DNA of 64,000 nt from an uncultured Gemmatimonadales bacterium. Its GTDB lineage: Bacteria > Gemmatimonadota > Gemmatimonadetes > Gemmatimonadales > GWC2-71-9. The position numbers and the translations under genes are program-made. Within the stretch, counting starts at the first letter, position 1. Each line of letters starts with the position of its first letter. The stretch is taken from positions 288,001 to 352,000 of the forward strand of contig CAVSLV010000004.1 in assembly GCA_963728915.1 (NCBI GenBank), read 5' to 3'. The notes below the pieces were generated by a model that searched no databases, was not told where the DNA came from, and saw nothing but the letters and a program-made list of their open reading frames with translations. This document shows positions 11,259 through 21,021 of the stretch, one piece after another.

Positions 11259-11980
11259 CGGGGGTCGGCGAGCTCAGCGCAGCGCGAAAGATCGGGGTCC
11301 CGCGCGATATAGAACTGATACAGCGACAATCCGCGGCTGAAGCCAAATACCTTGCCCCGCAGGTTCCGGAAGGCGTAGCCCAGGACCGCGCGAACCTCAG
11401 CGGCGGTATTCAAGTGCTCGTGGCGCATCAGCACCCCGTAGTCCAACCCGTAGCGCAGCCGGTACTCGATCCCGGTCGTGAGGCGCCAGCCAAGGCCCCA
11501 GAGCAGAGTGCCCTCGCTCGGGATGGCGACGCGCAGCGTGCCGCCGGAGGCAAGCAGTAGTCCGGCGCGGCCGATGACCTCGGGCAGGTCGGGGAGGTGC
11601 TCGAAAGTGGCGATGGAGGTGATCCGCGAGTAGCGCAGGTCCCCAGGCACTGCTCGGATGTCGCGGTACACGTCACGGACCCGGGCTAGCAGCATGGACC
11701 CCTCGAAGAGCTCCAGGAACGGCTCCACGATGTCGTAGGGGCTCGCTTTGGGCTCGTAGCCGAGCTGGTTGAGCGTGCCCGCACCAATCTCGAGCGTCGC
11801 TCCTGCGGCTCCCTCGGCCACGTCGGCTGCGACCTGGCGGTGCATCCAGCGCTCGAGTCGGCTGGAGAGCGAGGTCGCCGGGGTCCGGCCCTCGCGGTTC
11901 AGGCGGTACTGACCGGCATAGATCTCCGCGTGCCGTGGGGAGAGCGACGGTCGCTGCTTGGGAAACTGCGGAAAGCTCAT
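11255..11980 (-). CDS. Class I SAM-dependent methyltransferase
   Basis: TLEIGAG motif I, TFEHL; ATG at 11980 preceded by GGAG. Confidence 0.75.
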   Translation of the reverse strand: MSFPQFPKQRPSLSPRHAEIYAGQYRLNREGRTPATSLSSRLERWMHRQVAADVAEGAAGATLEIGAGTLNQLGYEPKASPYDIVEPFLELFEGSMLLARVRDVYRDIRAVPGDLRYSRITSIATFEHLPDLPEVIGRAGLLLASGGTLRVAIPSEGTLLWGLGWRLTTGIEYRLRYGLDYGVLMRHEHLNTAAEVRAVLGYAFRNLRGKVFGFSRGLSLYQFYIARDPDLSRCAELADPR

Positions 11981-12028
11981 CGCTCCGGCCCGGGCCGCTG
12001 AAGGTTTGGATAATCCCGCTGTCCCAGC

Positions 12029-12205
12029 ATCGGCCGTGGCGCCGACCTGGTGCTGTACCTCTTCGTGGTATTCAGTCTCTTTCACTTCGCCACGACTGCG
12101 GCCCGGCTTCGCAGGATGCAGCACGACATCGCCGAGCTTTCCCGGAGCCTGGCGCTCCGCGCTCCCGAGGGTCCCGTTGCGGCCGGGGACTCGTCCAGGA
12201 CCTGA
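12029..12205 (+). pseudogene. 5'-truncated DUF2304-family membrane protein remnant
   Basis: Manual translation IGRGADLVLYLFVVFSLFHFATTAARLRRMQHDIAELSRSLALR...*; in-frame TAA at 12011 and no start before the conserved motif. Confidence 0.6.
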
Positions 12206-12223
12206 CGATCGCCAGATACCGCC

Positions 12224-13822
12224 TCATCGAGCTGCGGGGGCGAAGCGCTTCAGGGTTCCCAGGAACTCCGTCTGTCCTGCATCCACCGCCCGCCGGGCGA
12301 TGCCGATCGCCCGGGCGGTATCGCCCACGGCCAGCGCACACTCGATGGTTCTGGCGCGCAGGACCGTCGCAGCGGGGTGGCGCAGCACGCCTTCCTCGAG
12401 GATCGGCAGCGCCTCACCACAGCGATGCTGGATTCGGTACAGTTGGCCAAGCCCTTCGAATACCGCAGGATCCCCACGATACAGCGCCAGGCGCGGCGGT
12501 ACGCTCCCTCGGCCTCTCCGTACCGCTTCTGGCCGGCGTAGTAGGTCGCACTGACGAGGTGGGCCCGATAGGCGCCCTGGAGCGTCCTGCTGCAGGCGGA
12601 GCGAAGAAGGTCTCCTGATCCTTCCACACCCGCGGCCCGGGTGACACTGCGCCAAGCCCCGAGCGCCAGCAGCATGAGCCCGGCGCCCGCCGCGGCAATC
12701 CGGAGCCCCGACCCCGCCTGCCACGGCTGGAACACGGTGGCCCAGGTCCATCCCACGATCAGGGCAAAGCCGACGCTGGGGAGGAAGAGGGTCCGTTCCG
12801 CAAGCAGAATCCCGGTTGCCACCGGCACATTGCTGACCGGAGCAAGGCTGATCACGATCCAGGCGAGGCCGAGCCCGAGGACCGGGGCCCCCCGCGCGCG
12901 ACCGCCAAAGGATTCCCCCGATCGCGAGCACCAGGACCAGGCCGAGCAGGTGACCGGCCGTCAGGGTCGGGGTGACCGGCAGCTCGGGTGGACCGTAGTG
13001 GGCCTGGAGATGGGCGGGCCAGACCAGGAGTCGGACCCAGGCAGGTACCACCGCGAGCATCGCGATCGCCCGCGCGGGCAAGCCTAACCCGCGAAGCGGG
13101 ACCTGAGGAATCTCCCCCGCGAGGCCGCCGAACAGGATCACCCGGACCAGGAGCGCCGCCACCGCCACGCCGCCCAGGAGGAAGAGGAGCGGAGCGGTCC
13201 GCCGCAGCTCCTGCCGGGGAGAACGCCCGTCGACGGGCAGGAACCCGGCCAGCGGCCGCGAGAAGGAGCGGCAGGACGTAGCCGGTCTCCTTGGCCGCGA
13301 TGGCCAGCCCATAACACGCCGCGATCAGCCCCCGCCGGCCGATGGAAAGCCCTCCCGGTGCCGACCGCCAGGCCAGGTACCGATCCAGGCCCAGACAGCA
13401 CCAGGAGGGTCGCCAGCAGCTCGCTCTGACCCACCCCGTTGGCGACCGCCTCCACGTGCACCGGATGAACCGCGAAGACCAGTCCCGCGGCGAGCGCTCC
13501 CGCTTCCGGGAGAAAGCGACGCGCCAGCCGCACCACCAGGACGGTGACCAGGACATAGAGCAGGGCGTTCATGGCGTGAAACGGCAGCGCCGCGCCCTTT
13601 CCGATCGCCCATTCGAAGGCGAACAGCTGAATCGTGAGGGGGCGATAGAGCAGGCCGAGCGACCAGTACGGGGAGGTCCAGATCCGCAGCAGGGTGTCCC
13701 AGGGAATGCACCAGCGGGTTTTCGACGATCGCAGGCAGGTCGTCGTACACCATGCCGTTACCGAGCGCGGCGAGTCCGATCAGGAGCGCGACCGCCGCCG
13801 GCCAGACGGTCTCCCGCTTCAT
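12224..13822 (-). pseudogene. TMTC-like GT-C + TPR membrane protein with multiple frameshifts
   Basis: Motifs split over frames: MVYDD, FAVHPVHVEAV, AKE, LLVWPAHL, AERTLFLPS, C-terminal TPR. Confidence 0.65.
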
Positions 13823-13832
13823 CGAAGCGCCG

Positions 13833-15568
13833 TCACTGCTTTGTGCTGGACGAGGTGGAGGGGGGCGCGCCATCTCCGGTGTGGCTGGTGATCGAATCGA
13901 GCAGGGCAATGCGGACGGTTCGGGGAGGAGCCCCGACGCGCAACGCCGAGTCGGCGGTTGCCTTGATCAGGCGCCAGCGGTCCGCCTGGTAGTCATAGGA
14001 GACGCCGATGAGCGCGGCGCTGCGCGCCTCCCGGTACTTGCCGAGATCGAGCAGGCAAGCCACCATGGCCGCACGCCAGCCGATGAAGTTGGGATGCTGG
14101 GCGAGCCCTTCCCGATAGAGGGGCAGCGCGGGATAGCAGAATCCCTTGAGCCGAAGCCGGTTCGCGTAGTCCACCATGACCTGGGTGAGCTTCGGAGGAC
14201 TCAGGCTGATGGCGAGCCGGTATTCCCGTTCCGCCCGCCCTTCGAGATCCGCTCCCCAGTACATCTCCGCGAGCGCGTGGTGGGCGCGGTAGCTGAGTGG
14301 TGCGTCGCGATTCGCGGTCTCGTACCAGTAGGTGAACTGATCGGCCCACACCGGGTGGCGGATGGTGCTTCGATAGACCCCGGCGATGAGCAGGGCTCCG
14401 GCCAGCGCGGCCAATGCGACCTTCGCCCGGTAGGTCGCTTTCGGCCGGATGAGTTCGGCGGCTCCCCCGATCGCGAGCATCAGCCCGACACTGGGGAGAA
14501 ACAGGGTGCGTTCGGCCAGCACGATCCCGGTCGGCACCAGGACGTTGTGTACCGGAAAGATCGCGATGGCGCCCCACACCAGACCGAAGGCCATCATCGG
14601 AGCGCGCCGCCAGCTCCAGATCGTCAGCACCGCCACGAGGAGCAGGAGCTCCAATCCGAACGTCTGCGCGGAGGTCCAGTGGGTCTGCCCGACGATCTCG
14701 CCCGGGCTGTAGTCCCCCTGGAGGTGGGCCGGCCAGAGCAGCAATCGAAACCAATGGGGAACCACGCTCAGCATGGTGACCGCCCGTTGACCCATCGTGA
14801 GATTGGCCAGGGCTTCCGCGGTAAACGAGCCGACCAGATCTCCGTGGAGAACGAGGGTTCTGACCCCGTAGAAGGAAACCCCCACCAGGGCGAGCAGGAG
14901 AAAGAGCCGTCGGATCTATCGGGATCCGCCGCGACCAGGAGTCCGGGGAGCGGACCAGCAGCAGCTCCGCCGCCACCAGGAATACCCGGCAGCATCAACG
15001 CGTTTTCCTTGAAGAAACACGCCACCAGGTAAAAGCCACCGATGGCGAGCTCGGTGCGTCCCTGAAGTACGCCGCCGGAGCGACGGGCCTTGAGGTACGC
15101 CGCCGCGGCCAGGCAGCTGAACAGGGCGACCCACAGCTCGCCCTGGTTGACCGCCATGGCGACGGCTTCCACGTGGACCGGGTGGACCGCGAACAGGGAC
15201 GCCGCTACGAATGCTGGGGGGAAGGAGAGCTGGAGTCGCGCAAGTCGCAGGACTTGGGTGCATACCACGGCATACAGCCCGTAGCTGAACAGCCGGAACA
15301 CCAGGGGAGATCCGCCCCCGACCACCCATTGGACCGCATAGGAAAGGAGGGCGAGCGGGCGATACAGGTCCGGTACGAACGGAGGAGGCCAGTAAGGTTT
15401 GGTGAACAACTGCCACCCATGCAGGAGGTCGTGCACCGGGGCGTTCTTCAAGATGATGGCGAAATCATCCTGCGCGAACTGATTGCCAATGCCGGAGATG
15501 GACGCGGCCAGGGCGAGAAGGACCACCCCGACAACGGGAAGCCAGGACGGGTAGCGGCGGGAAGTCAC
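13833..15568 (-). CDS. TMTC-like GT-C + TPR membrane protein, frameshifted near 14900-14990
   Basis: FAQDD, LYRPL, FAVHPVHVEAV, FKE in ORF 14768; LLWPAHL, AERTLFLPS and TPRs in ORF 13833. Confidence 0.7.
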
Positions 15569-15717
15569 GGCTGATCCTTGCGCGTCATATCGAGTAAGGA
15601 GTCCCGGGAGCCTGCTTGCAAACTCCAAGGCAGCGTTCCGTTGCGGCTGTCCCGCATTGTCCTGGTACACCCGAGGATCTCCTTGAATGGTAACGGGTTA
15701 GCGGCCGGGTAAGGGGG

Positions 15718-15732
15718 TGGCACCATCGTTGC
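15718..15732 (+). promoter_or_regulatory. Sigma-54 (-24/-12) promoter of the major pilin
   Basis: TGGCAC-CATCG-TTGC, exact GG-N10-GC spacing, 66 nt before the pilin ATG. Confidence 0.85.
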
Positions 15733-15797
15733 TCTTCATCTCCGCGGATCGAATGATCCGCTGCGTACACTATTTCCAACTTTGGAGGGCAGGAACC

Positions 15798-16181
15798 ATG
15801 CTGAACCGGAAGGGTTTCACACTCATCGAGCTGTTGATCGTGGTCGTGATCATCGGCATTCTGGCCGCAATCGCTATCCCGAAGTTCGCCGCCACCAAGG
15901 ACAAGGCCAAGCTGGCCTCGGTGAAGACGGACCTGCGGAACATGATGACGTCCGAAGAGGCCTATTTCTCGGACTTCGCCGCGTACGGGACTTACGCCGA
16001 CCTCCAGGCCAAGACCAACGCGTCGCTCTCCAGCGGCAACACGATCGCGATCACGACCAACGCGAGTGGGTATACCGCGACGGTGAGCAACAGCTCGATC
16101 ACGACCGGCTTCACCAAGTGCCAGGTCCAGAACGGCGCCGGCGCCACGTCAGGCGTTGACGGCGCCATCGTCTGCTCGTAA
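15798..16181 (+). CDS. pilA: Type IVa major pilin
   Basis: MLNRKG|FTLIELLIVVVIIGILAAIAIP prepilin motif; C-terminal Cys pair; GGAGG RBS. Confidence 0.9.
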   Translation: MLNRKGFTLIELLIVVVIIGILAAIAIPKFAATKDKAKLASVKTDLRNMMTSEEAYFSDFAAYGTYADLQAKTNASLSSGNTIAITTNASGYTATVSNSSITTGFTKCQVQNGAGATSGVDGAIVCS

Positions 16182-16206
16182 GTCGGGCATCGAGTGACGC
16201 AGCGGG

Positions 16207-16286
16207 GGGCCGCGGGATTCCGCGGCCCATCGTCCGCCGATGAATCAAGGCTCCGTCGGGGGGCGACGCGAAACGATCGCCCCCCG
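16207..16286 (+). terminator. Two GC-rich hairpins between the pilin genes (terminator/stabiliser)
   Basis: GGGCCGCGG-gatt-CCGCGGCCC (16207-16228) and GGGGGGCGA...TCGCCCCCC (~16259-16285); no U-tract. Confidence 0.5.
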
Positions 16287-16320
16287 CGGTGTGTCCGGAA
16301 TGGTCAAGGGAGTCCAGGCA

Positions 16321-16707
16321 ATGCGGATCGGCAAGGCGGGCTTCACCCTGATCGAGCTCTTGATCGTGATCGTGATCATCGGCATTCTGGCCGCGATCGC
16401 GATCCCGAAGTTCGGCTCGACCAAGGACAAGTCACGGCTCGCTTCAGTGCGCAGTGATGTACGGAACATCATGACGGCGGAAGAAGCCTACTTCTTCGAC
16501 AATTCGGCCTACGCCGACCTGACTGCTCTGCAGGCAGCCACCCGGGCGGGTCTGACCCCCGGCAATACCGCGGTCATCTCTCCCGGCACGAACGGCTATA
16601 CCGCGACCGTGAGCAGCGCGGCCATCTCGACCGGCTTCACTCAGTGTTCGGTCCAGATGGGCGGCGGGGCCACGGCGGGCGTCGACGGCGTCATCATCTG
16701 CTCGTGA
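16321..16707 (+). CDS. Second type IVa pilin paralogue
   Basis: MRIGKAG|FTLIELLIVIVIIGILAAIAIP; collinear with pilA over its whole length. Confidence 0.9.
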   Translation: MRIGKAGFTLIELLIVIVIIGILAAIAIPKFGSTKDKSRLASVRSDVRNIMTAEEAYFFDNSAYADLTALQAATRAGLTPGNTAVISPGTNGYTATVSSAAISTGFTQCSVQMGGGATAGVDGVIICS

Positions 16708-16713
16708 GCTGAC

Positions 16714-18043
16714 ATGAACCTCCTCGTCCTCGGCAAAGAGCAATCAGGCTACGGCGCCCCCGCGCTGGAAGAGGCGGGGTACGAAGTCCGGTTTCGCACC
16801 GACTTCGACGCGGCGCTGATCGAGGCCCAGGCCAGCGCGGTCGAAGGCATCCTCCTGGATCTGGAGGCCGGTGAAGCGGAAACCCTGGATTTCCTGCGGC
16901 GCTACCGCGCCGGCGGCGGCACCGGGCTGGTGCTGGTCTCGGGCGACACGGTGAGCGCCGGGCTTGCACCGGTGGTGCTCCGGGAAGGCGCCGACGGATT
17001 CCTTCGCCAGCCGATCGTCGCGGAGGAGCTGGTGCTGGCCCTCCATCAGGCGGCCGAGCGGGAACGCCTGCGCCAGGAAGTGGCGCGGCTCCGGGTGACG
17101 CTGGGTGCGCGTGGCCTCGAGCCCCTGGTGGTCGCCGAGGATCCCAAGATGCGCGGTCTCCTCGAACAGGCCGCCCGGGCTGCCGCGGACGACGTGGCCG
17201 TCCTGATCACCGGGGAACGCGGCACCGGGAAAGCCCTGCTTGCCCAGGCCATGCACCGGTTCAGCCGCCGCGGCGAGGGCGCCTTCGTCGCCATCGATTG
17301 CCGCAGCGCCCCCGAGCTGGGTGACCCCGAGAGCCTCTGGCGTTCCGCCGATCATGGGACCCTGCTGCTCAACCAGATCGAGGCGCTTTCCCCGACCAGT
17401 CAGATGTTGCTGCTCACCGCGCTGGCGCCTCACCAGAATGGGAATGGCAACGGCAACGGGAATGGCCACGGAAACGGCCACAGCAACGGCGCGAGCCACG
17501 ACGAATCCCCGCCCCGGGCTCCGGACGTGCGGGTTATGGCAACCGCGGGCGGGGCCATCGAGCGGGCCGTGGAGGAAGGGCGGTTCCAGCCGGAATTGCT
17601 GAAACGCCTGACCGGCAGCCGGATCAACCTGCCGGCCCTGCGAGACCGCCCCGAGGACATCCCGGCCCTGGTCGCCCACTTCGCCCAGCAGGTGGCCTCC
17701 CGAACCGGGCGCCCGATCAGCATCACCCCGCAGGCCCTGATCCTGTTGTCCGGCTATCCCTGGCCCGGCAACGTGCGCGAGCTCAAGCAGGTGGTCGAGC
17801 GCGCCGCGACGCTGAGCCCGACCGGCCGGCTGGACCGGACCGATTTCCCGAGTCTCATGGGAGAGGTGGGCGCCGGGGAGCGCCGGAAGCCACGCCTTGA
17901 AGCCCCAGGTCGAAGCCGTCGAGCGGGAAGCCATCCAGCGCGCCCTCGCCACCGCCAAGGGCAATCGCCGCGAAGGTGCCCGGTTGCTCCAGGTCAGCCT
18001 GCGGACGCTCTTCTACAAGATCCGGCGGTACGGAATCACCTGA
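16714..18043 (+). CDS. Degenerate sigma-54 activator-like protein (REC-AAA-HTH); frameshift near 17890 separates the HTH
   Basis: GERGTGK and WPGNVREL present; GAFTGA loop missing; Walker B reads LLNQIE; HTH ALKPQVEAVEREAI...RTLFYKIRRYGIT* lies in another frame ending 18043. Confidence 0.7.
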
Positions 18044-18110
18044 AGAAATTCGGCCCGGTCCGCGCTGATCGGGTCCCTGCGGTCCACCGTCGACACCCCA
18101 GATTCGGGGC

Positions 18111-18461
18111 ATGTCGAAACCCGGGTTTACCCTCCTCGAAATCCTTCTCGCTCTGACGATCATCTCGCTCGGCGTGGTGGCCCTGGCCGAGTCGTTGACC
18201 CGGCTGGTTCGCTTGGGCGCGGTCGGCCGTCAACGCGGAAGGGTGGCCATGGTCATGGCGTCGCGACTGGATCGGCTGCGGATCGAGGCGCGTCGGGCCG
18301 CCTGTACGGCGCCCCCGAACGGAACCGCGTCGAACCCCGATGGCATACAAGAGTCCTGGAGCGCGACGACGGTGGGGGCCGCCATCCAGGTCGTCATCGT
18401 CGCGCGGGGGTCGGGGTCGGTCAAGCCCGATACCCTGCTGGTTCGATTCCCATGCGTCTGA
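18111..18461 (+). CDS. Minor pilin (PilV-like)
   Basis: MSKPG|FTLLEILLAL. Confidence 0.75.
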   Translation: MSKPGFTLLEILLALTIISLGVVALAESLTRLVRLGAVGRQRGRVAMVMASRLDRLRIEARRAACTAPPNGTASNPDGIQESWSATTVGAAIQVVIVARGSGSVKPDTLLVRFPCV

Positions 18462-19231
18462 GCCGGAATGGGGTTTCCCTGATCGAGCTGCTGGTCGCGA
18501 CTACGGTGGGTGGATTGCTCGCGGTGATGACCGCGATGGTGCTCACCGGTGCTCGCGCCCGGCTGGAAGAGCGGAAGGCCCGGCTTGCAGCCGAGCAGGC
18601 GCTCCGCGCTGTCGCCGCGGCGACTGGCGCCTTCCTCCAGGACGCGGGGGAATCGGGCGCCGATCTCCAGGCCATCGGCCCCGCCGGCTTCACGGTCCGG
18701 GCCATCCGGGGAACCAGCGTGTTATGCGCCACTCTTCCGGGTGGTCTGGTGGCTCGGCGCGGCGAGTGGTGGAGTGCGGTGCGCGAGCCGGTGGCGGGAC
18801 GGGATAGCCTGGCGGTCGGCACCCTGACCGGTGCGGGCTGGATCCTGGATGCCCTCCGCGCCGACCCCTACGCCACCCCCTGTCCGGATGGCGGGGCGGG
18901 GATCGCCCTGCCGGTCGGTCTCGACCCGGCCCAGCTCGCCGCCCTGGGCCCGGGCAGTCCGCTCAGGCTGTTCGAGCCGGTCGAGCTTCGGAGCTACAGC
19001 TCGGCGGGCTCCGACTGGATCGGCCTTCGCCAGATCGCCACCGGTGAAGCGATCCAGCCACTCGCCGGACCCCTCGCCCGTCCCGGGTTGACCCTGGAGT
19101 ATTTCGCCGCCGATGCCAGCGTCGCCAGTCAACCCGTTGCCGTGGTGTCAGTGGGCTTTCGGGTCCGGGTGCTGACGACCGACAACCGCCCGGACAGCCT
19201 GACTGGAACAGTCCTCCTATCGGACCGGTGA
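18452..19231 (+). CDS. Minor pilin (PilW-like)
   Basis: MRLSRNG|VSLIELLVA. Confidence 0.7.
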   Translation: MRLSRNGVSLIELLVATTVGGLLAVMTAMVLTGARARLEERKARLAAEQALRAVAAATGAFLQDAGESGADLQAIGPAGFTVRAIRGTSVLCATLPGGLVARRGEWWSAVREPVAGRDSLAVGTLTGAGWILDALRADPYATPCPDGGAGIALPVGLDPAQLAALGPGSPLRLFEPVELRSYSSAGSDWIGLRQIATGEAIQPLAGPLARPGLTLEYFAADASVASQPVAVVSVGFRVRVLTTDNRPDSLTGTVLLSDR

Positions 19232-19235
19232 TCGG

Positions 19236-19676
19236 ATGGGGAGCCGCGGATTTGCCCTGCTGCTCGCGATCGGAACCCTGGTCGGCCTCGCGGGCATCGT
19301 GCTCACCGCGGCGGTCCTCTCACAGAACGAATCGCGGTCGGGGTTGGCGGCCCTCGGAAGCATCGAAGCGAAGGCCGCCGCTCTCACCGCGGCCAGCGAT
19401 GCCCTGGAAGGCTGGAACCAATCCGATACCCCCCAGGTTCCCGGACAGGAACGGCGAATCGTTGCAGTCACCGTCCCGGGGCCTGCCGAGGGCACTGCAA
19501 CATTGCGCTCCCTGGGAGGGCCGATCTACGCGATTCGTGCAAATGGTGTCCGGCGTGATGTCTCCGGGAGGGCAATCGGCTCCGCGGAGTTCGAGGTTCT
19601 GATCCTGCTCGATTCGGCGATTTCCGGTCGGGTCCGACCGCGCGTTTACCCGCGCGGGTGGAGGATTCTGCCCTAA
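19236..19676 (+). CDS. Minor pilin (PilX-like)
   Basis: MGSRG|FALLLAI, lacking Glu5 as is typical of PilX/GspK. Confidence 0.65.
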   Translation: MGSRGFALLLAIGTLVGLAGIVLTAAVLSQNESRSGLAALGSIEAKAAALTAASDALEGWNQSDTPQVPGQERRIVAVTVPGPAEGTATLRSLGGPIYAIRANGVRRDVSGRAIGSAEFEVLILLDSAISGRVRPRVYPRGWRILP

Positions 19677-19784
19677 GCGTTGCGAAACAGCCCCTGACCC
19701 GACTTGAGCCTGCCCGAACCACCCCTATGCGGACCTGACTTAACCCGTTCAGCCACAAGGAATTGTAGGAAGGGATGAGACCCA

Positions 19785-19799
19785 TGGCATAGCGGTTGC
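19785..19799 (+). promoter_or_regulatory. Putative sigma-54 promoter upstream of pilM
   Basis: TGGCAT-AGCGG-TTGC with correct GG-N10-GC spacing. Confidence 0.65.
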
Positions 19800-19976
19800 C
19801 CGCACCATCTTGCTCCGGGTGCAAGGCTGAGCAGGGACATTGGGAAGTCGGTCGGGAGGCGGGTCGGGCTGACAGTCCCTAAGTGGTATTGGCAAAAAGA
19901 CTTGCTCGGCTTCACTTCAAGCCCTATTGTAGAGGGCAGCGGCTTGCACCCCTCCTCGCAATAACAGGAACAACGG

Positions 19977-21017
19977 ATGGCCTTGTTCAGCCGGACCCGG
20001 ACTTCGGTTGGCCTCGATATCGGGAGCGGGCAGGTCAAGCTCGCTGTCATCTCCCATGGCAGCGGGGAACCGGTGCTTTCCAAGGTGGCCATGACTCCGC
20101 TCGCCGACGATGCGATCGTCGAGGGCGAGGTGATGGACCCCGGCATCGTTTCCGAGGCGGTGCGCACCCTCTTCGAACAATCCGGCATCAAGTCGCGTCA
20201 GGTCGTGACCGCGGTGGGCGGTCGTGACGTGATCATCAAGAAGATCCCGATGGACCGGATGAAGGAATCCGAAGCCCGGGAGGTCATCCGCTGGGAAGCG
20301 GAACAGCACGTTCCCTTCGACATGGACAACGTGGAGCTCGACTTCCAGATCCTGGATCCGGAAGGCGAAGGCCTCCAGATGACCGTGCTGCTGGTCGCCG
20401 CCAAACGGGAACTCATCGACCACAAGATCTCGCTGCTCTCCGAAGTCGGGGTGGAACCCGCGATCATCGACGTGGATTCCTTCGCGCTCCACAACGCGTT
20501 CGAGCTGAGCTATCCGGACGGGATGTCGGGGGTCGTCGGCCTGGTGAACATCGGCCACGAAATGACCAACATCAACATCCTCGACGAAGGGATTCCGGTC
20601 CTGACCCGTGACCTGCCGGTCGGCACTCGGCGGTTCCGGGAGGACCTCCAGCGGGAGCGCGGGTTATCGGCGGCCGAAGCCGATCGGGTGCTCCAGGGGT
20701 TCGAGACCACCGATGTGCTGACGCCGTTCCTCGAAAGCCGGGGCGAAGAGCTCGCCACCGGCATCGAGCGGGCGGCTGCGTTTCTCCAGACCGCGGCGCG
20801 CTCGACCAGCGGGTTGTCCCGACTGTACACCTCGGGCGGCGGGTCGCGGATTCCCGGTCTCACCAAGGTCCTCGGTGATCGCCTCCGCCTGCCGGTGGAA
20901 ATGACCAATCCCCTGAAGCGGCTTCACGTGGATCCCGGCGCCTTCGACGGGATGAACATCGACGAGGTAGCGCCCCTGCTCATGCTCCCGGTGGGCCTGG
21001 CGCTCCGGACCGTCTGA
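19977..21017 (+). CDS. pilM: Type IV pilus assembly protein PilM
   Basis: VGLDIGS actin-like motif, EAEQHVPF, LVAAKRE, SGGGS. Confidence 0.9.
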   Translation: MALFSRTRTSVGLDIGSGQVKLAVISHGSGEPVLSKVAMTPLADDAIVEGEVMDPGIVSEAVRTLFEQSGIKSRQVVTAVGGRDVIIKKIPMDRMKESEAREVIRWEAEQHVPFDMDNVELDFQILDPEGEGLQMTVLLVAAKRELIDHKISLLSEVGVEPAIIDVDSFALHNAFELSYPDGMSGVVGLVNIGHEMTNINILDEGIPVLTRDLPVGTRRFREDLQRERGLSAAEADRVLQGFETTDVLTPFLESRGEELATGIERAAAFLQTAARSTSGLSRLYTSGGGSRIPGLTKVLGDRLRLPVEMTNPLKRLHVDPGAFDGMNIDEVAPLLMLPVGLALRTV

Positions 21018-21021
21018 ATCC

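Noticed and set aside
19890..19905. Second sigma-54-like site TGGCAAAAAGACTTGC before pilM
   Set aside because: GG-to-GC spacing is N11, not the required N10 (unless the A-run has an indel)
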